Shown in pieces: positions 23,803 to 36,126 of a stretch of DNA of 63,630 bases (positions within the stretch are counted from its first letter, which is position 1; every line of letters begins with the position of its first letter). Source of the DNA: Klebsormidium nitens (taxonomy: Eukaryota; Plantae; Klebsormidiophyceae); assembly GCA_000708835.1 (NCBI GenBank), contig DF237320.1:29027-92656 (forward strand), given 5' to 3'. Below the pieces are notes generated by a model that saw only the letters and a program-made list of their open reading frames with translations, was not told where the DNA came from and ran no database searches. The translations under genes and the position numbers were made by a program.

Positions 23803-26091
23803 TTGATGACTGACACCATGAATCGCTCCGCTGCAAACGTCAGCCCTAAATCGCCGCTTGAGATTTCCCTTTCTGAGGACTGGCTGCGGCAACCTGTCAT
23901 CGTTGCTGTTATAGTACTGGTGGGCTTTTGTGTCTTCGTGGCCATTCCGTATAGCATGGGAGGGTTGGAGGGCGGAGGAGCCGGCTACTCAACAGCGATT
24001 TCAACTCACTCCGCTGTGCGTCAAGGGCTCCACATGCTGGCGGGCAGAGGGTTTGACGTAAAAGGTGGGGCTCAAGATTAGTCCAGGCCCTTCTAGCCTA
24101 CTTGTCTGGGTGAATCAAGATCAAATAAGAGATGCTCCTTTTCATCCTTCTTCGCATAGAATGACTTCTGAGCACCCTGATTAAAGCTAATTCAAAATGC
24201 TTAAATAAGGGCCTCACTTGATTGCTTATGCCTTGTTGCAAGCTGCATTGCAGTTTCTGAGTAGGTCGAACTAGTGTAGTAACCTGGTCGTTCATCAAGA
24301 GGAGGCTCACACCGGATCTAGGATCCAAAGCTAAATTTCAGGGCAGTCAAGCCTCCACTTTAACCAATCTGCAAAGATTACAGATGTACAACATCTTATA
24401 GACAGAGTATCTTGCAAGATGAGAAGCTCGCTAGCTGTGTCTGGGTACCTCTTCTTCTCTAACAAATGCTTGATCTCTTATACAAAAGGTACCGTTTTGC
24501 CATTCTGCTTCATCCAGACGTGCTCTGCCTCAACACTGTTGCTTTGATGTAGCGCCGTACGATGCTGAGGCGCAGCATGAGCAGCTTCTCAAACAAGCGA
24601 TTCAAACCATGGAGGAAAATATTGTTCGGAGGGAGGGCTATGTAAGCCCCTGGCACAGCGGCCACATCAAAGACCAGAAGGTGAGAGCACTGATCAGGAG
24701 AAAGGAAACATCGAATGTGAATCCTGATCAAAGCGTAACTGGTAGGGTGCTAGCATGATTACTTTGTTTCAGGCTATCACTTTTGTCTGCAAGTCTTGAA
24801 ACTTTACGAACTACTTGGAGGCCTCAAGGGGTCCTCCTTGCAACCCACGATCTCTCTGCTTCCTGAAAATGACAAAGCATACTGATTCACATGGATCAGC
24901 CAGCTAGCTTTGTAGCCTCAGTATGATCAGAAGACAAATTCGTCCGAAGAGTCTGGTCTTGTCAGACGGGCTCATTTGATTGAAATGTCAAGGCCCTCCA
25001 GTGAGACTTGGAACAATATGCTTTTGATCACTGGACGGCTTGATATGTACTTGAAAAGTGGTTGACAATCACGGCAGACCTTCTGACACTGGCATCCGCA
25101 CCCTCATTGGCACGGGTGGAGCATCTTAGAACCGTGTCTATTGCAGGAGGTCTACCTGAAGGAGCTGCTGGAGTACTGGGTGCCCATCTATCCATGCTAC
25201 CGCGAAGTCCGCTACGGTCTGATGGGCGATGGCGGCAAGTGGTTGTGCAATGCGCACCGGCTCAACGAGCAAAGCGTCATCTACAGCATAGGGAGCAATG
25301 CGCAGACGGACTTCGAAATGGAACTGATCGGTGCCACTGGAGCGGAGGTCCACGTCTTCGATTGCACATTGAAGGAGGCAGACGTGGTCAAAGTGTCCAG
25401 CCTGTCCCCGCTACTGTTCTTCCACCCCTGGTGCCTCGCAGAGAAAACGAATCTGGCAAGTGACGTGTGCGACATTTGAGTTCGCCTCCAAAGCTGTTCC
25501 ACTGCAGTGCGCTGGTTGGAAGTGCGGTGTACGTTAGGGACCGACCGATGGTTCAACATGAAGGAGAAATCAGATTGCGTACTCTTACGTTCGGACCTGC
25601 AGTTGTCGACAACCTGAGGATCAATGTCAAAAAACTGCGTGGACGCTGTAAATCTGGAGTCCACAGTGAAGCGTGACTTGAATCCACCTTTTGGCTGTGG
25701 CGAAGACATTTGCACCTGATCACACCTTTGTATCACTGACAAAGTCCGCCCACATGGTTGTGTGCAGGAGAAAAACGTTTACAGCCTGACGGACATTATG
25801 TTCAACCTCGGCCACCCGTTTCTGGACGTGCTGAAAGTTGACTGCGAGAGATGCGAGTTTACCAGCTTCAAGTCCTTCTTGTCACGCCTGGTCTATGAGC
25901 GCTCCAATCCACCTGTCGGTCAGTTTCTGGTGGAGACCCATAACGATGCCAGAGACGACCACAAACTTGTTGACACGTTCCTGAGGGAGTTGGAGACCGC
26001 GGGGTTTCGGCTGTTCCATATGGAACCCAATTGGCGCTGGTGGCCGCAAGGCGCCGAATGGGCGTTTGTGAATCCGTCAAGATTGAAATAG
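23803..26091 (+). CDS. Type-II membrane SAM-dependent methyltransferase, Methyltransf_22 / METTL24-like (putative glycan O-methyltransferase)
   Basis: TM VIVAVIVLVGFCVFVAIPY; exons ~23803-24049, 24518-24641, 25147-25464, 25768-26091; motifs GDGGKWLC, VIYSIGSN, EVHVFDCT, DVLKVDCE, QFLVETH, GFRLFHMEPN. Confidence 0.85.
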
Positions 26092-27565
26092 GCGAAGCGT
26101 GTAAGCATCAATGTCGCATCCCAAGTTGGTCAATCAAAAGGAACAGTTTGAATAGGAAGCAGAAGTACAGACGCCCCCGATCTGCCCACGTACACAAAGC
26201 AGCCTACTCGTGAAAAAAACTGAGCCACGCAAAAACGTTTGTTGTTTGGATTAGCTGATTGACCACAGCCATTTTGACGGTATCCAAAGCCTCGATCCAG
26301 ATAAATGATTTAGTCATACGTGGAAGGTCACACATTTATCGTTTAGTACGTTTTAAATATAGTAGCGAGTATTGAACACCATGTGCAGGGCCGGGTGTAT
26401 TGTTTTAAGCGACCTTTGGCTGGACTAGGTTCGATCAAAATAAAGCGGAACAGGCTCGTATATTCACTCTCATGGACATAGTTCCCTTGTCTATAAAGGA
26501 TTCAACTTAACACTAGTTGCGCCTTCATGTATAATATGCTGCAAATTTGAAGACAGAATACGCTCACCATTCTAAGCATGTTCGGAGAGCCTTGATTCGC
26601 GGAGCAAAAGTTGAAAACGAGAGCCTCTGCCACGTTACGTCGATGGACTAGATATTCCACTCATGATGGTACATCAAGTTCAATATTATGTTGAAGCTCA
26701 TACGTCCAGACTCACCAGGCTACCGCGGCTCAGCGGGCCATTTTACATTGTCTTATGCTTACGGCCTACCCTATGCGTTCATTTGGCCAAATATACATGC
26801 ACTGAGTCAGCAGGTTACCAGGACTCGGATGCATCAGAAATCACCGGGGTAAAGGCCATTGAGCCACCGTGACGGCGTCCGCCTGAATAACTCGGTGTAC
26901 ATGAGGACTTACTAGCTGGCCATCTCAGTTCTCTCTAAAGTTCTCTAAGTTTTAAATCCGTCATACACGATCAGTAGGTAGCGGACGTTGTCTTCTCAAG
27001 CGGGCCCCCCTAGCTAAGTTGGTGTCCAACGATTTGCTGTCAGGCGGCTAGTAAGCAACCTCAACGTCTCCACTGTCAAGCTGTTCACTATATGCTCGAA
27101 AAGAACGGCTCGCTGTGATTAGATTGTTAGCCTGGGGACTCACTTGCACTCCGTTTGCAGTACATCAGCGGACTGTGAGGTTGAAGTTTCTTTGCATGCC
27201 GCTATAAAAGGTCCCCGAGAAGCGTGAACGACACAAGAGCAGGGCAGCTAGCGAGCTAGGCGGCTACCATGCAGCAAGCTCTAAACGTTGCAAACCGAAC
27301 GACCTTCAATATCTAGCGGCCCAGATCCGCCTCGCGCTGGGCCAGAAAAGCTTCCGCGAGTCAAATTATCATGCTCAATTAACTCTATAAATAAGGAGTC
27401 TGCACGTGACGCAAAAGAAATTTCAAGCGCCGAAAGCGGCGCGCGCGCGCCGCTCGGCCATCAAGGTCACCGGCCGCGTACGCTCAAGGACAATCAAGCT
27501 TTACTTAATTTTGTTTTGATTGGCATGCCGATGCTCATCCTTAGTGATCGGCGGTGTCGTTTCAG

Positions 27566-28215
27566 GCCTGCACGTGAGAGATTATTATTATTCAAACAAG
27601 CTGCCGCACTTGCTGACCCACCGTGACTTCACGCCCGAGTTGCTTGAACGCACCCCGGCGCCTCGCATGCTGTTCGTGCACAAGCGACTACACGATGCTC
27701 AAAATCATGCGCCATGGCACGTACTCGGCTATACGTATCCGCTTAATCATGAACCCCGTATGCAAAGTTCAGTAGCACGTACCATGCTTGCGTAAGTGAG
27801 ATTTGATATCAAATAATGCCGAATTTGGGAATCTGCACATTGATGCACTAGCGAAGATTCTCGATCGAGCGCACGTTAATTCATCAATTTGCGCTTGAGT
27901 TCGGCCGTCCTGCTTAAGCGCCGCGCCAACTTGAAGCTGGTGACTTGATTCAATCCGCAACAAGCGCTCAGATCACTGTTCATTACTGCCTTCCTCCCGA
28001 ATAAGATGAAAGGCCCGACGAACTTGAGAATTCAACTGTCAGGCGACTCTTACAAACAACCTTGCCTGGAATTATATGAGATCGCGAACTTGAACAACTT
28101 CGTGAGGAATAAGTCACAGCTTTGGGACAACCACCGACCATTAGAAGAGCCTTTCTGCACGTCTGTACAAGAACCACGGATTGGAAACCACGCAAGAGTG
28201 TCGTCAAAGCCGTAA
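27566..28215 (+). CDS. Two in-phase exons of a small hypothetical protein or gene remnant
   Basis: Exon 27566-27791 ends GC|GTAAGT (phase 2) and joins in frame to exon 27972-28215 after GCTCAG; TATAAAAG at 27203 lies upstream. No family recognised. Confidence 0.35.
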
Positions 28216-28223
28216 GGGAAGAA

Positions 28224-29300
28224 TTAATCGAATTTGTCTCTCAATTCTTTCAACACAAAGAGCTCGTTCACTTGGCAATACTGCAGTACACGAGATCTTT
28301 CATTGGGGTACTTCACGCTGAGGTTGTATCTGCGGGTAATCTCGTACTCAATCTTCTGTTGAGCGGGTGTAAATCTCGACGGATCCTGCTTCGTTTTCAC
28401 TAGATACATAGACCGATTGTAGCTAAGCCTTTCGATCGGCTTCTCTCGCCACATCTCCTTCTGCAGTTTCTCTGGATTGAAATGCGTGTCGAGAGCGAGA
28501 AGGCGGCTATACCAGTAGTCCGGCGCGCAAGCCAGCTCCGCTGTCTGATTCAGCGCCGACATCATGGTCCTCATTGTCCCCACCAAGTGCCGATCTTGAA
28601 ATCCGCCATAGTCTTCTTCGATGGGCATATAAACCTGCCCATCTTCTATCGAGTCAAAGATGTTCTGATGCTCGCACAGGTATAGCTCGTCAGGCCGCGA
28701 GTAAACGACGTAGTCGTACTTATCCAGCAGGTTGAAGTACGCCAGCTTTTGCTGCGTGAACCAGCGGTACGCGAGGATGATCCCAGTGGCGGTTCCGTGT
28801 CTGCAACCCCCCAGGCCCCCCATGAAAAACCCTTGAACCCCGCACACTTTTCGCCACGTGCTGTTGCCAGCCGGATTATCAGTGCACGTCGTGGCAACCT
28901 CGTCCCAGACCAGCCCCCAGTCCGCGTACTCGGGCACCGTCCAGTCGTATTGGGCGACGCGGTGAAGAAGTGTATCCTTACGATCCCCGCTGAAACATAG
29001 CGCCAGGTGTGCGTTGTACGGTTGCAGCAGATTCTTCACGAGGGACCGCCATGCCAGCTCCCCGCCGCGGGCCTGACCAAAGAGAACCACGAGGATGCGC
29101 GGGCGCTGCATCTCTTTCCGCATCCATAAATACGTCCGCTCAAGGTCTTTACTAAGCGAGTTCCGTAAGGTGCTCCTTCGAGAAGATTCAGGTGCGTCAA
29201 TATTCCTAGCCGGAACTGGCGACGGGGCCTCCCGATGCTGGCGCCCGGCATCTTTGATATGAGGGTTCGCACCTTCGCCCGCGTGTTGGGATACAATCAC
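28224..29300 (-). CDS. DUF7796-like putative glycosyltransferase (intronless catalytic region; 5' end unresolved)
   Basis: RILVVLFGQARGGEL, YDYVVYSRPD, VYMPIEEDYGGFQDRHLVG and FNPEKL parallel the plant DUF7796 motifs as recalled (GGARRFEL, YDWIVRTRVD, YGGLNDR, LNSE). Confidence 0.65.
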   Translation of the reverse strand: MIVSQHAGEGANPHIKDAGRQHREAPSPVPARNIDAPESSRRSTLRNSLSKDLERTYLWMRKEMQRPRILVVLFGQARGGELAWRSLVKNLLQPYNAHLALCFSGDRKDTLLHRVAQYDWTVPEYADWGLVWDEVATTCTDNPAGNSTWRKVCGVQGFFMGGLGGCRHGTATGIILAYRWFTQQKLAYFNLLDKYDYVVYSRPDELYLCEHQNIFDSIEDGQVYMPIEEDYGGFQDRHLVGTMRTMMSALNQTAELACAPDYWYSRLLALDTHFNPEKLQKEMWREKPIERLSYNRSMYLVKTKQDPSRFTPAQQKIEYEITRRYNLSVKYPNERSRVLQYCQVNELFVLKELRDKFD

Positions 29301-30362
29301 CTGGAGTTGGGCCGCAATATCATACAGCGTCGAAGTGCTGAGACAAGATCGGCACGGGACAGATTAGAACCTTGGAAGTAACAGCGGCAGTGCATGCTAA
29401 GACTAAAACAGTAGATGCTACTTCCCGTTACGACTTGTGGAGCCGAACTCTTGTTGTAGGAGATTTTTGAGAAGCGAAAAAGTTCGCCCATGGAAGGAAG
29501 GTCTCATCGGTTAAGTAAACATGACAGAATGTTTCATCTTTTCACCAAAAATCTTTTGGAAGCAAGGCCGCCCGTCAATGGCACAGTCAATTGCCGGTTT
29601 TCAATTGCGGAAGTTTCAAGGGGTTTCGTGTAAGCTAGTAGCTTCGAACGGAGCGGAAGGAGATCGTAGAACCAAATGTCTTGAGAATTGACCCAAAGGA
29701 GCAAAACTATTAGAGCTCCACTTTACGGTCTGCTAGACCTGCGTAACTTGTCAGGCCATAGATAAAAAATTACCGGTGAGGGGAAGGATGGCGAGCCCGT
29801 ACAGAAGTATCAATTACTGACTTGGGAGCTGGTAGCCAGTAAGAGCAGGGTCCGGCCAGATGCGCAAGGGCCATAATGTCCAACCATGCATAAACTCCTG
29901 GTCCAGAAGGTCTACTTTCAACATTCACTCCGCACTGCTTATGGCGCAATCTTTATCAGCTTCATTGTCTTTTCCTTATTGTGATTTGGACACAACGTAA
30001 CAAGTGATGGTGGTGAGACGTACACATATTGCGGTGTTCCGCCACTACTAAAAAGACGCACAGCCCAAAAAAGCACCGGTTTCGAATTACGAAGCTACTA
30101 AAAGATCTGCATTCCAAGCCTGATGCAGCTTTTTGTTGGATCTATTTTTCGGAGCTAGGCCACACTTGTGATCAGTCGCCAGGAAAAGTCAAACCAGAGA
30201 GCACTTCCAGCCACCCGGGAACTGTATACTCGTATCAAGGAAAGGATCCAATGACGTCACTTAACTTTGGGGCAGTAGAATACTGTAGTTCTAACATCAT
30301 TTCGTGTCTCCCTTGCACAATCTTTTGAGAAACAGGATCAAAATTTATTTTGCGCCGCTTGC

Positions 30363-31451
30363 TCACCTTTGTGTCTTTACTCGAATCGGAGCTCTGTTCA
30401 AGCCAGCATCCTTCAGCTCCAGCAGGCTCTCAACGACGTCATCGACGTAAGCAAATGTGCGACGCCTATTTGCCCCACGCAAAGAGACAGATATGTACGC
30501 TGGATTATTGATTCCTTGTTGGATCAGATCTCGTATGGCCAAATCAGCAGCCGGCGTGGCCCCAAGCAAGACATAATCGTGAGGGCCATATGCACAGTCT
30601 ATTCTTAACACGCCAACTTTAAAATCCGCCGTCTTTTCCGAAGTGGCTTCGTTTTCTCCCATAGCTTTCATCCAATTATGGGTGTTCGCTCCAGTTATGA
30701 CAGGAGGCGGCAATATTCTGGACATATACCAGCCCGTTGGTATTGCTGCTGCCACATAGATATAATTGGGTATGCCGTTCCGCTTGCAGGAGTTCAAAGA
30801 CAGTGTATTAATCAGGACGTTATCATCAAAGTACGGATCCGTGCCATCTTGGTCGTCAGCGACTCCCGTCATAATAGCAAGGTGGTAGACATAGTCGGCT
30901 CCACGCAGGTATCTTTCCGAGCTCTCCCCTATCCTGAGGTCTGCATGACAGAAGTCTCGAGAGACGTTGATAGCCCAGGAACCATTTTCAATTTGGAGGT
31001 TTCGTAGCTGACCCCGCCATAGGTTATCGATAACTTTGATCTGCTCGCTCGGGACTACTCCGCTAAGCTTCTTGACCAGATTGCTGCCGATAAAACCTGC
31101 ACCACCGGTTACTATGAAGCGCGGCCGGGGCGTGTCTGGTTGAAAGAGACCATGAGCTTCGCCGTGGAAGGGACACCCCTTGCCAGCAATGTCTGGGAAG
31201 TCTGAATGCAGGATATCTCCCGCAGCTTCTGCTGCTGAATAGATCCGTTTGCTTGTGTATTTTTGATCAGGTTTCTGGGCTGGTTCAAAGTGTAGCCCTT
31301 GAAATACATTTTGCGCTTCCAGACTCCACCTGGAAGGTGGGCTCAAAAGCAGGGTGGAGGGCTCTGCCGCGTCCCGGAATCGCTGCAAGCCCAAGAAAAG
31401 AATACTGAGGGTCACCCCGAGGGGCAAGACGTAACCTTGCGAGAGACCCAT
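30363..31451 (-). CDS. Type-II membrane NAD-dependent epimerase/dehydratase-like protein (GDP-mannose-3,5-epimerase-like SDR) with altered catalytic residues; 3' exon(s) unresolved
   Basis: ATG at 31451; TM VLPLGVTLSILFLGL; FIVTGGAGFIGSNLV, VIDNLWRG, VYHLA, RIDCAYGP, RTFAYVDDVV; ends at donor AG|GTGAGC. Confidence 0.85.
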   Translation of the reverse strand: MGLSQGYVLPLGVTLSILFLGLQRFRDAAEPSTLLLSPPSRWSLEAQNVFQGLHFEPAQKPDQKYTSKRIYSAAEAAGDILHSDFPDIAGKGCPFHGEAHGLFQPDTPRPRFIVTGGAGFIGSNLVKKLSGVVPSEQIKVIDNLWRGQLRNLQIENGSWAINVSRDFCHADLRIGESSERYLRGADYVYHLAIMTGVADDQDGTDPYFDDNVLINTLSLNSCKRNGIPNYIYVAAAIPTGWYMSRILPPPVITGANTHNWMKAMGENEATSEKTADFKVGVLRIDCAYGPHDYVLLGATPAADLAIRDLIQQGINNPAYISVSLRGANRRRTFAYVDDVVESLLELKDAGLNRAPIRVKTQR

Positions 31452-34220
31452 TGACCTGTAAGCTTCAACACATTTGCAGGCTAGCTTGCAATGCTTTCTC
31501 TTGCCTTGCAGCCTTACAAATACGAGAGACAACCTTCCATCCCCGTGCGTGTGGCAATGCTGTTTTGTGACGTGTAATAGCAGGAAGCTTGCGGTGTGAC
31601 ACAAGCGCAGGCCATAACAAGTGAAGAGATGCTCTAAACCAAAAATAAGGACCAGTGGGCCTAAATGTATCTAGCTTAGTCAAGCGGCGCGCCGGCCTTG
31701 GACGCACTGATTGAGAAGTCAACCGATCCGTTCAGGAGCAGATCAAGCAGCTGGACGTGGTATATGACAGACCAATAGGCTCAGACTTCACTCCCATGCC
31801 AGACCTGATCAACAAGATTGTGCAATGCGGAGGTTCAGTCTAGTCAGCTCTTCCCTCACTCAGACTACGACTTCAAGTTGCAGATAGCTAGCTTCTGGGA
31901 CGTCCTGTTAAAAATACCGGTATAACGTGTAGACTGTCCAATTGGGCTGCACCGGGGGCTGCACCAACAACAAAGATCTATTTCTGCAGCTCCTTATCGT
32001 CTTGTACTCAAAATCCCTTACTTACCGTAATCGGCTAAGAATGCATTGGAACCGCCGTGTCTGCAAACATGTGAGGGTTGAAACTCCGCAAGTGCATTGA
32101 ATCTTAAGAAATTTCTCGACTCCAAAGCAAACGAACGAATCTACGATAATGACGTGACGCACGAATGCAGCCCGGCCGCGGAAGGACGTATTTCATGCGG
32201 CCCCAATGTCGGCGGGCCGGAGACGAAGTGCTTCATGCCTGTGATTGTTTCAGTCAACATAATCATGACCACAACTTTGTGACCGCACAATATCAATTTT
32301 GAATAATTACTCAAGCTTTTAAGCTCGACAGATCCATTGAACCTTCAACCGGTCATGTCATTCTGTCATGCAGCGGCCTCCCCCAGTCGTACTGCAGATT
32401 CACTGAACCAGGTCCGGCGCATAAGGCATTTGACGGTCGCGATCGACACAATTGACGTCATCTATTTTATACTACTAGTGTCTACTAGTGATCGCAATCG
32501 TCAGCTCACGTGCAGGTGTACGCAGATCGACGACATACCTAACTTAATATCACAAATGTACGCTTACAGCGCATGCGGCCAGCTTGGGCCTCGCGGCCGG
32601 CGCACCGCTAACCCTTCCTACTTTTTACTGAACTTCTCAGCACACGCCATACCTAGAATATTGCCCTGTTTCTACATAAATGGCCGTTTATCGTCGAAAC
32701 CGGTGAATTTGGTGACGGGAGCGCGGGCAAGTGCGGCAGAATCTTGTGACGGATTAGCACGTACAGCACTTTATCGAACGGAATCTACAGCCAAATGACG
32801 AGCCCGTCGAAAATGACTCCTCGGGAGTTCTCGATTGAGCGACCTTCCATGCTAATATATGTACATCTCTGTCGCCGGACTTTACAACTCAGGAAAAGGT
32901 GGATGAAAGAGAATTCGTATCGATCTGTTTTAACCGTACAGTCAACAGTAACCTACCGTAATTTTACCAATCGGTATAAGTTTGATTGACCTGGTAGGCA
33001 ATCCCGGTAGACTGTACTGAAAGCAAACCGACCACTATACCCAGTCCAAAAGCTACCCGGCTACCCGGTAGCTAAGCTCGGTACTTCGTTCCGCGCTTCC
33101 GGCAACCGTGGTCCCCGACAATCTGTAGGCGGAGTTCAGTATCACATCGTAGATTATTTTTCAATCTCTAGCTACTGCAACTACCGGTGATAGTCCCATC
33201 TGAGTAGGCTGACGTCGCTGTTCGACGGTACGGGTAAAACGACTGAGCCTGGCCGGCCGGCCGGCCGGCCGGCGCGCGAGCCGCTCAGCTAAGGCTTCAA
33301 TATCATTGAAAGTTGCCGTCTTGCTGCGCCGCGGCCCCGGTCTGCCAGGCGCGGCGGGCAGGTCGAGCCTGGGTCACTATGTACCTACTAAGATGAAGTA
33401 ATGGCAAAGTAGAGGAGTCCATACTAGGCAAGTAACTACAGTGGTACCCTCGGGAGGCGGCTGGCCGGGGTCTTCGAATGTCGTCTAATCGTCCATCTAA
33501 CAAAGTGCGTTTAAGGCCGTCTCCGAGTCGGCGTGGAGCAACCCCAAGTAGAGTAGTAGCTCAGCCAATCACAGAGTGTGTTACCTGCATATACTAATAG
33601 ACGAAGATCATTATGTGCTCACCCCGGTGGGGTAAAAACGGCGCGGGCCGGCACGGTTGTGCAGTCCTAGGGGCATTTAATGATCGAGTGGCACGACTCG
33701 TCCTCAGGCAATTACCGATGAGCCGATATTGTGAGGGCGCCGAAGCCTCTGAGGCGGCCGTGAGTCCAAATAAGAAGAATATATAATGGGTTGTTGAGAA
33801 TATCGCATCAAGCAAACAAGGCTTTTGAGGCCACCAGGAAACTTTCAGCAACAGTGGTCCTCCAGTGGTCAGTCGAAATTGATACGCTGCACAACAGTCT
33901 GCGTGTTGTTCGATCGAGCCTTCCGAGCCCGAGCTGTCATTTAGTCATACTACACTGCTAGCATCGCCACTAGCAAGGCCAGCTCAAGGTGAGCAACAAT
34001 CTGGTAGATCCGCAAATGCGGACTCGAGCTCTACGGAGTCTGTAGATGGAGCTTCAGACCTATGAAGTCATTTCCTGACACTCACCACGATGCGCGGTAC
34101 TATTTTCCATGCTCCTCATCTGAATTCAACGACCATCAAAATCTGAGGCAACCATCAATCAGTGCCCCTATCTGCGCCTAGTGTGCTGTTTAATTCCAAG
34201 CGGCTTGGCTGCTCAGCATC

Positions 34221-36126
34221 ATGGTTGATGCTGCTTGGCTGCCACCGGCGGTGCGCAGAGAGGCCACACAACGCCTTCTTCTGCTCTGCGTCATCACGGC
34301 TGTTGTTTTAGGGGGTCCTCTGCTGGTCACCAGTGGCGGCTGTCAGCTGGGGAGTCTTGCGAGCTTTCGAATCGCACAGATCGTCTTGGAGTCGAGTAAC
34401 AGCGCTCCCGTCACTCCCAGCGGTCTGAGTCAACCAGAAGAGACACGAACTCACGCTTTAGCACTTCTGCGGGCGCAGTCCTGGGGCTCCGCCTTCCACC
34501 AAGCAAAGCTGCTGGAGACAGTTGGTTATATGGGCGAGGAGGAGCGGCCCACTGGGCTTTGCTACGAAAACCGATCCATGGCGGATTTCACCATCCAAGC
34601 GGAAGATTTAAGAGCACAGAATGTCAGCACCTTTGTGCCCCTCTACTTCAACATTCAGGAAGCGAAGGCCCCCTCTCCCGGCAAACGTGGGCTTGGAGGC
34701 AAATACTTCTATATCAGTGTGGAAGGGAGGCCTTGGGCAGATCCTGGCACGGTGGTGCGCCTGCCACAGCCCCTTGTTTGGGATCACAGCAATGGATCTT
34801 ACACGGTTGCCTTTGAAGTCTATGACGAGGACGTCACGTACAATATCACTGTTTCTCTGTGGCATGCGGGGTATGCGGGGTACCTGGGGAATCTGAGGGA
34901 TTTCCACTGGGGCGACTGCTGCCCAGCGCTGCCGCAGATGACATTCCTAGAGTCCTTCACCTTTTCTACCAGAATTATGAGGCCTGACCAAGCCAACGCA
35001 ACAACAGCGCCGAATCACGGACAAAGTGATCAACGGCGAAGAAGTTCACCTCTGGGCTTTATCCCCCATATTCTTTTGAAAGCGAGTGCCCTTCCTGAGC
35101 ATGACGTGCAAGAACAGAGTCTGCCAGTGAAGCCTTCAATGATGGGTCCTCCAATGCGGATTGGTGCAGCAGACGAAGAGAATCCCGCTTTATATCAAGC
35201 AGCACTTGTCTGCCCCGACTCGAGATCTTTCCCAACGTGTCACTCTGCAGGCCGGGGTCGGTGGTTGAACGATTATTGGGAGCCTGCCGACTGCCCCTAC
35301 ACGCAGTTTAGTAATGAAAGCCTGAGGCAATGTGCGGAAAGAAACGGGCCTTTTCACATTACGTTAGTGGGAGATTCGTTGATGCGGGGGCTCTTCTTTG
35401 ATACGCGGGAGATCTTGTCCGGCAAGCGGCCGGACCAAAGCCAGGCGGGGCACCATGACGAGGAACCGGTGGAAGAGGCGCCCGGCTTCACACTTGAATT
35501 CAAGTGGACTCCACACTCGGCAGCTCTGCACCCGCGATTACAGAATGGGGACTTTTTCAGTAACACCTCGTCCGTCCTTGTATTCAACACACTGCAATGG
35601 GACCTTGCGAGACCCTCGCCGAGTGGATGATTACCTCGAAGCGACAAGGCGGTTCGTAGACGCGTTGGTCGAAGCGCGGGGTAGGTTCCGCAAGATCATA
35701 TGGCGGACGGGAGCAGCCGTGCACCACTTTGGCCCCGCCTCTTGCGACGCCAACTGTTCTATGGACGGCTTTATTATTGGCCCGAGGGGCGAACTGTACA
35801 ATTCTGCGGTTCGCTTCTTGGTGGAGGCAACGCCCGGGGTCGACGTACTAGACATGTGGCAGATTAGTTCAGGGAGGCCTGACTTGCAGCACGCCTTCCA
35901 CTGGGACGCGAGATATATCAGGCACGCTATCGTGTCTAAAAGCGTAGGTAATGTGCTTTTGAATATGCTGTGCAGCGAAGTAGTTCAAGTTAAGGTTAAG
36001 GGCAACTTAGTTGCATGTACGCTTTACTTTTATCTTAATTTACGCTTTACTCCGAGTACCGAGCGTCCGAGTATTGACGGAGTTTCGGATCCTGCTCTGC
36101 GCTATCCCGTTATCAATTATCCATGA
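34221..36126 (+). CDS. NXPE-like protein (Ig-like/neurexophilin region plus PC-esterase/SGNH domain), putative glycan O-acetyltransferase; +1 frameshift at ~35622
   Basis: TM LLLLCVITAVVLGGPLLV; GGKYFYISVEG...DHSNGSYTVAF; GRWLNDYWEPADC...CAER...ITLVGDSLMR; VFNTLQWDL; second frame IIWRT...VLDMW...RPDLQH...NVLLNMLC. Confidence 0.8.
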
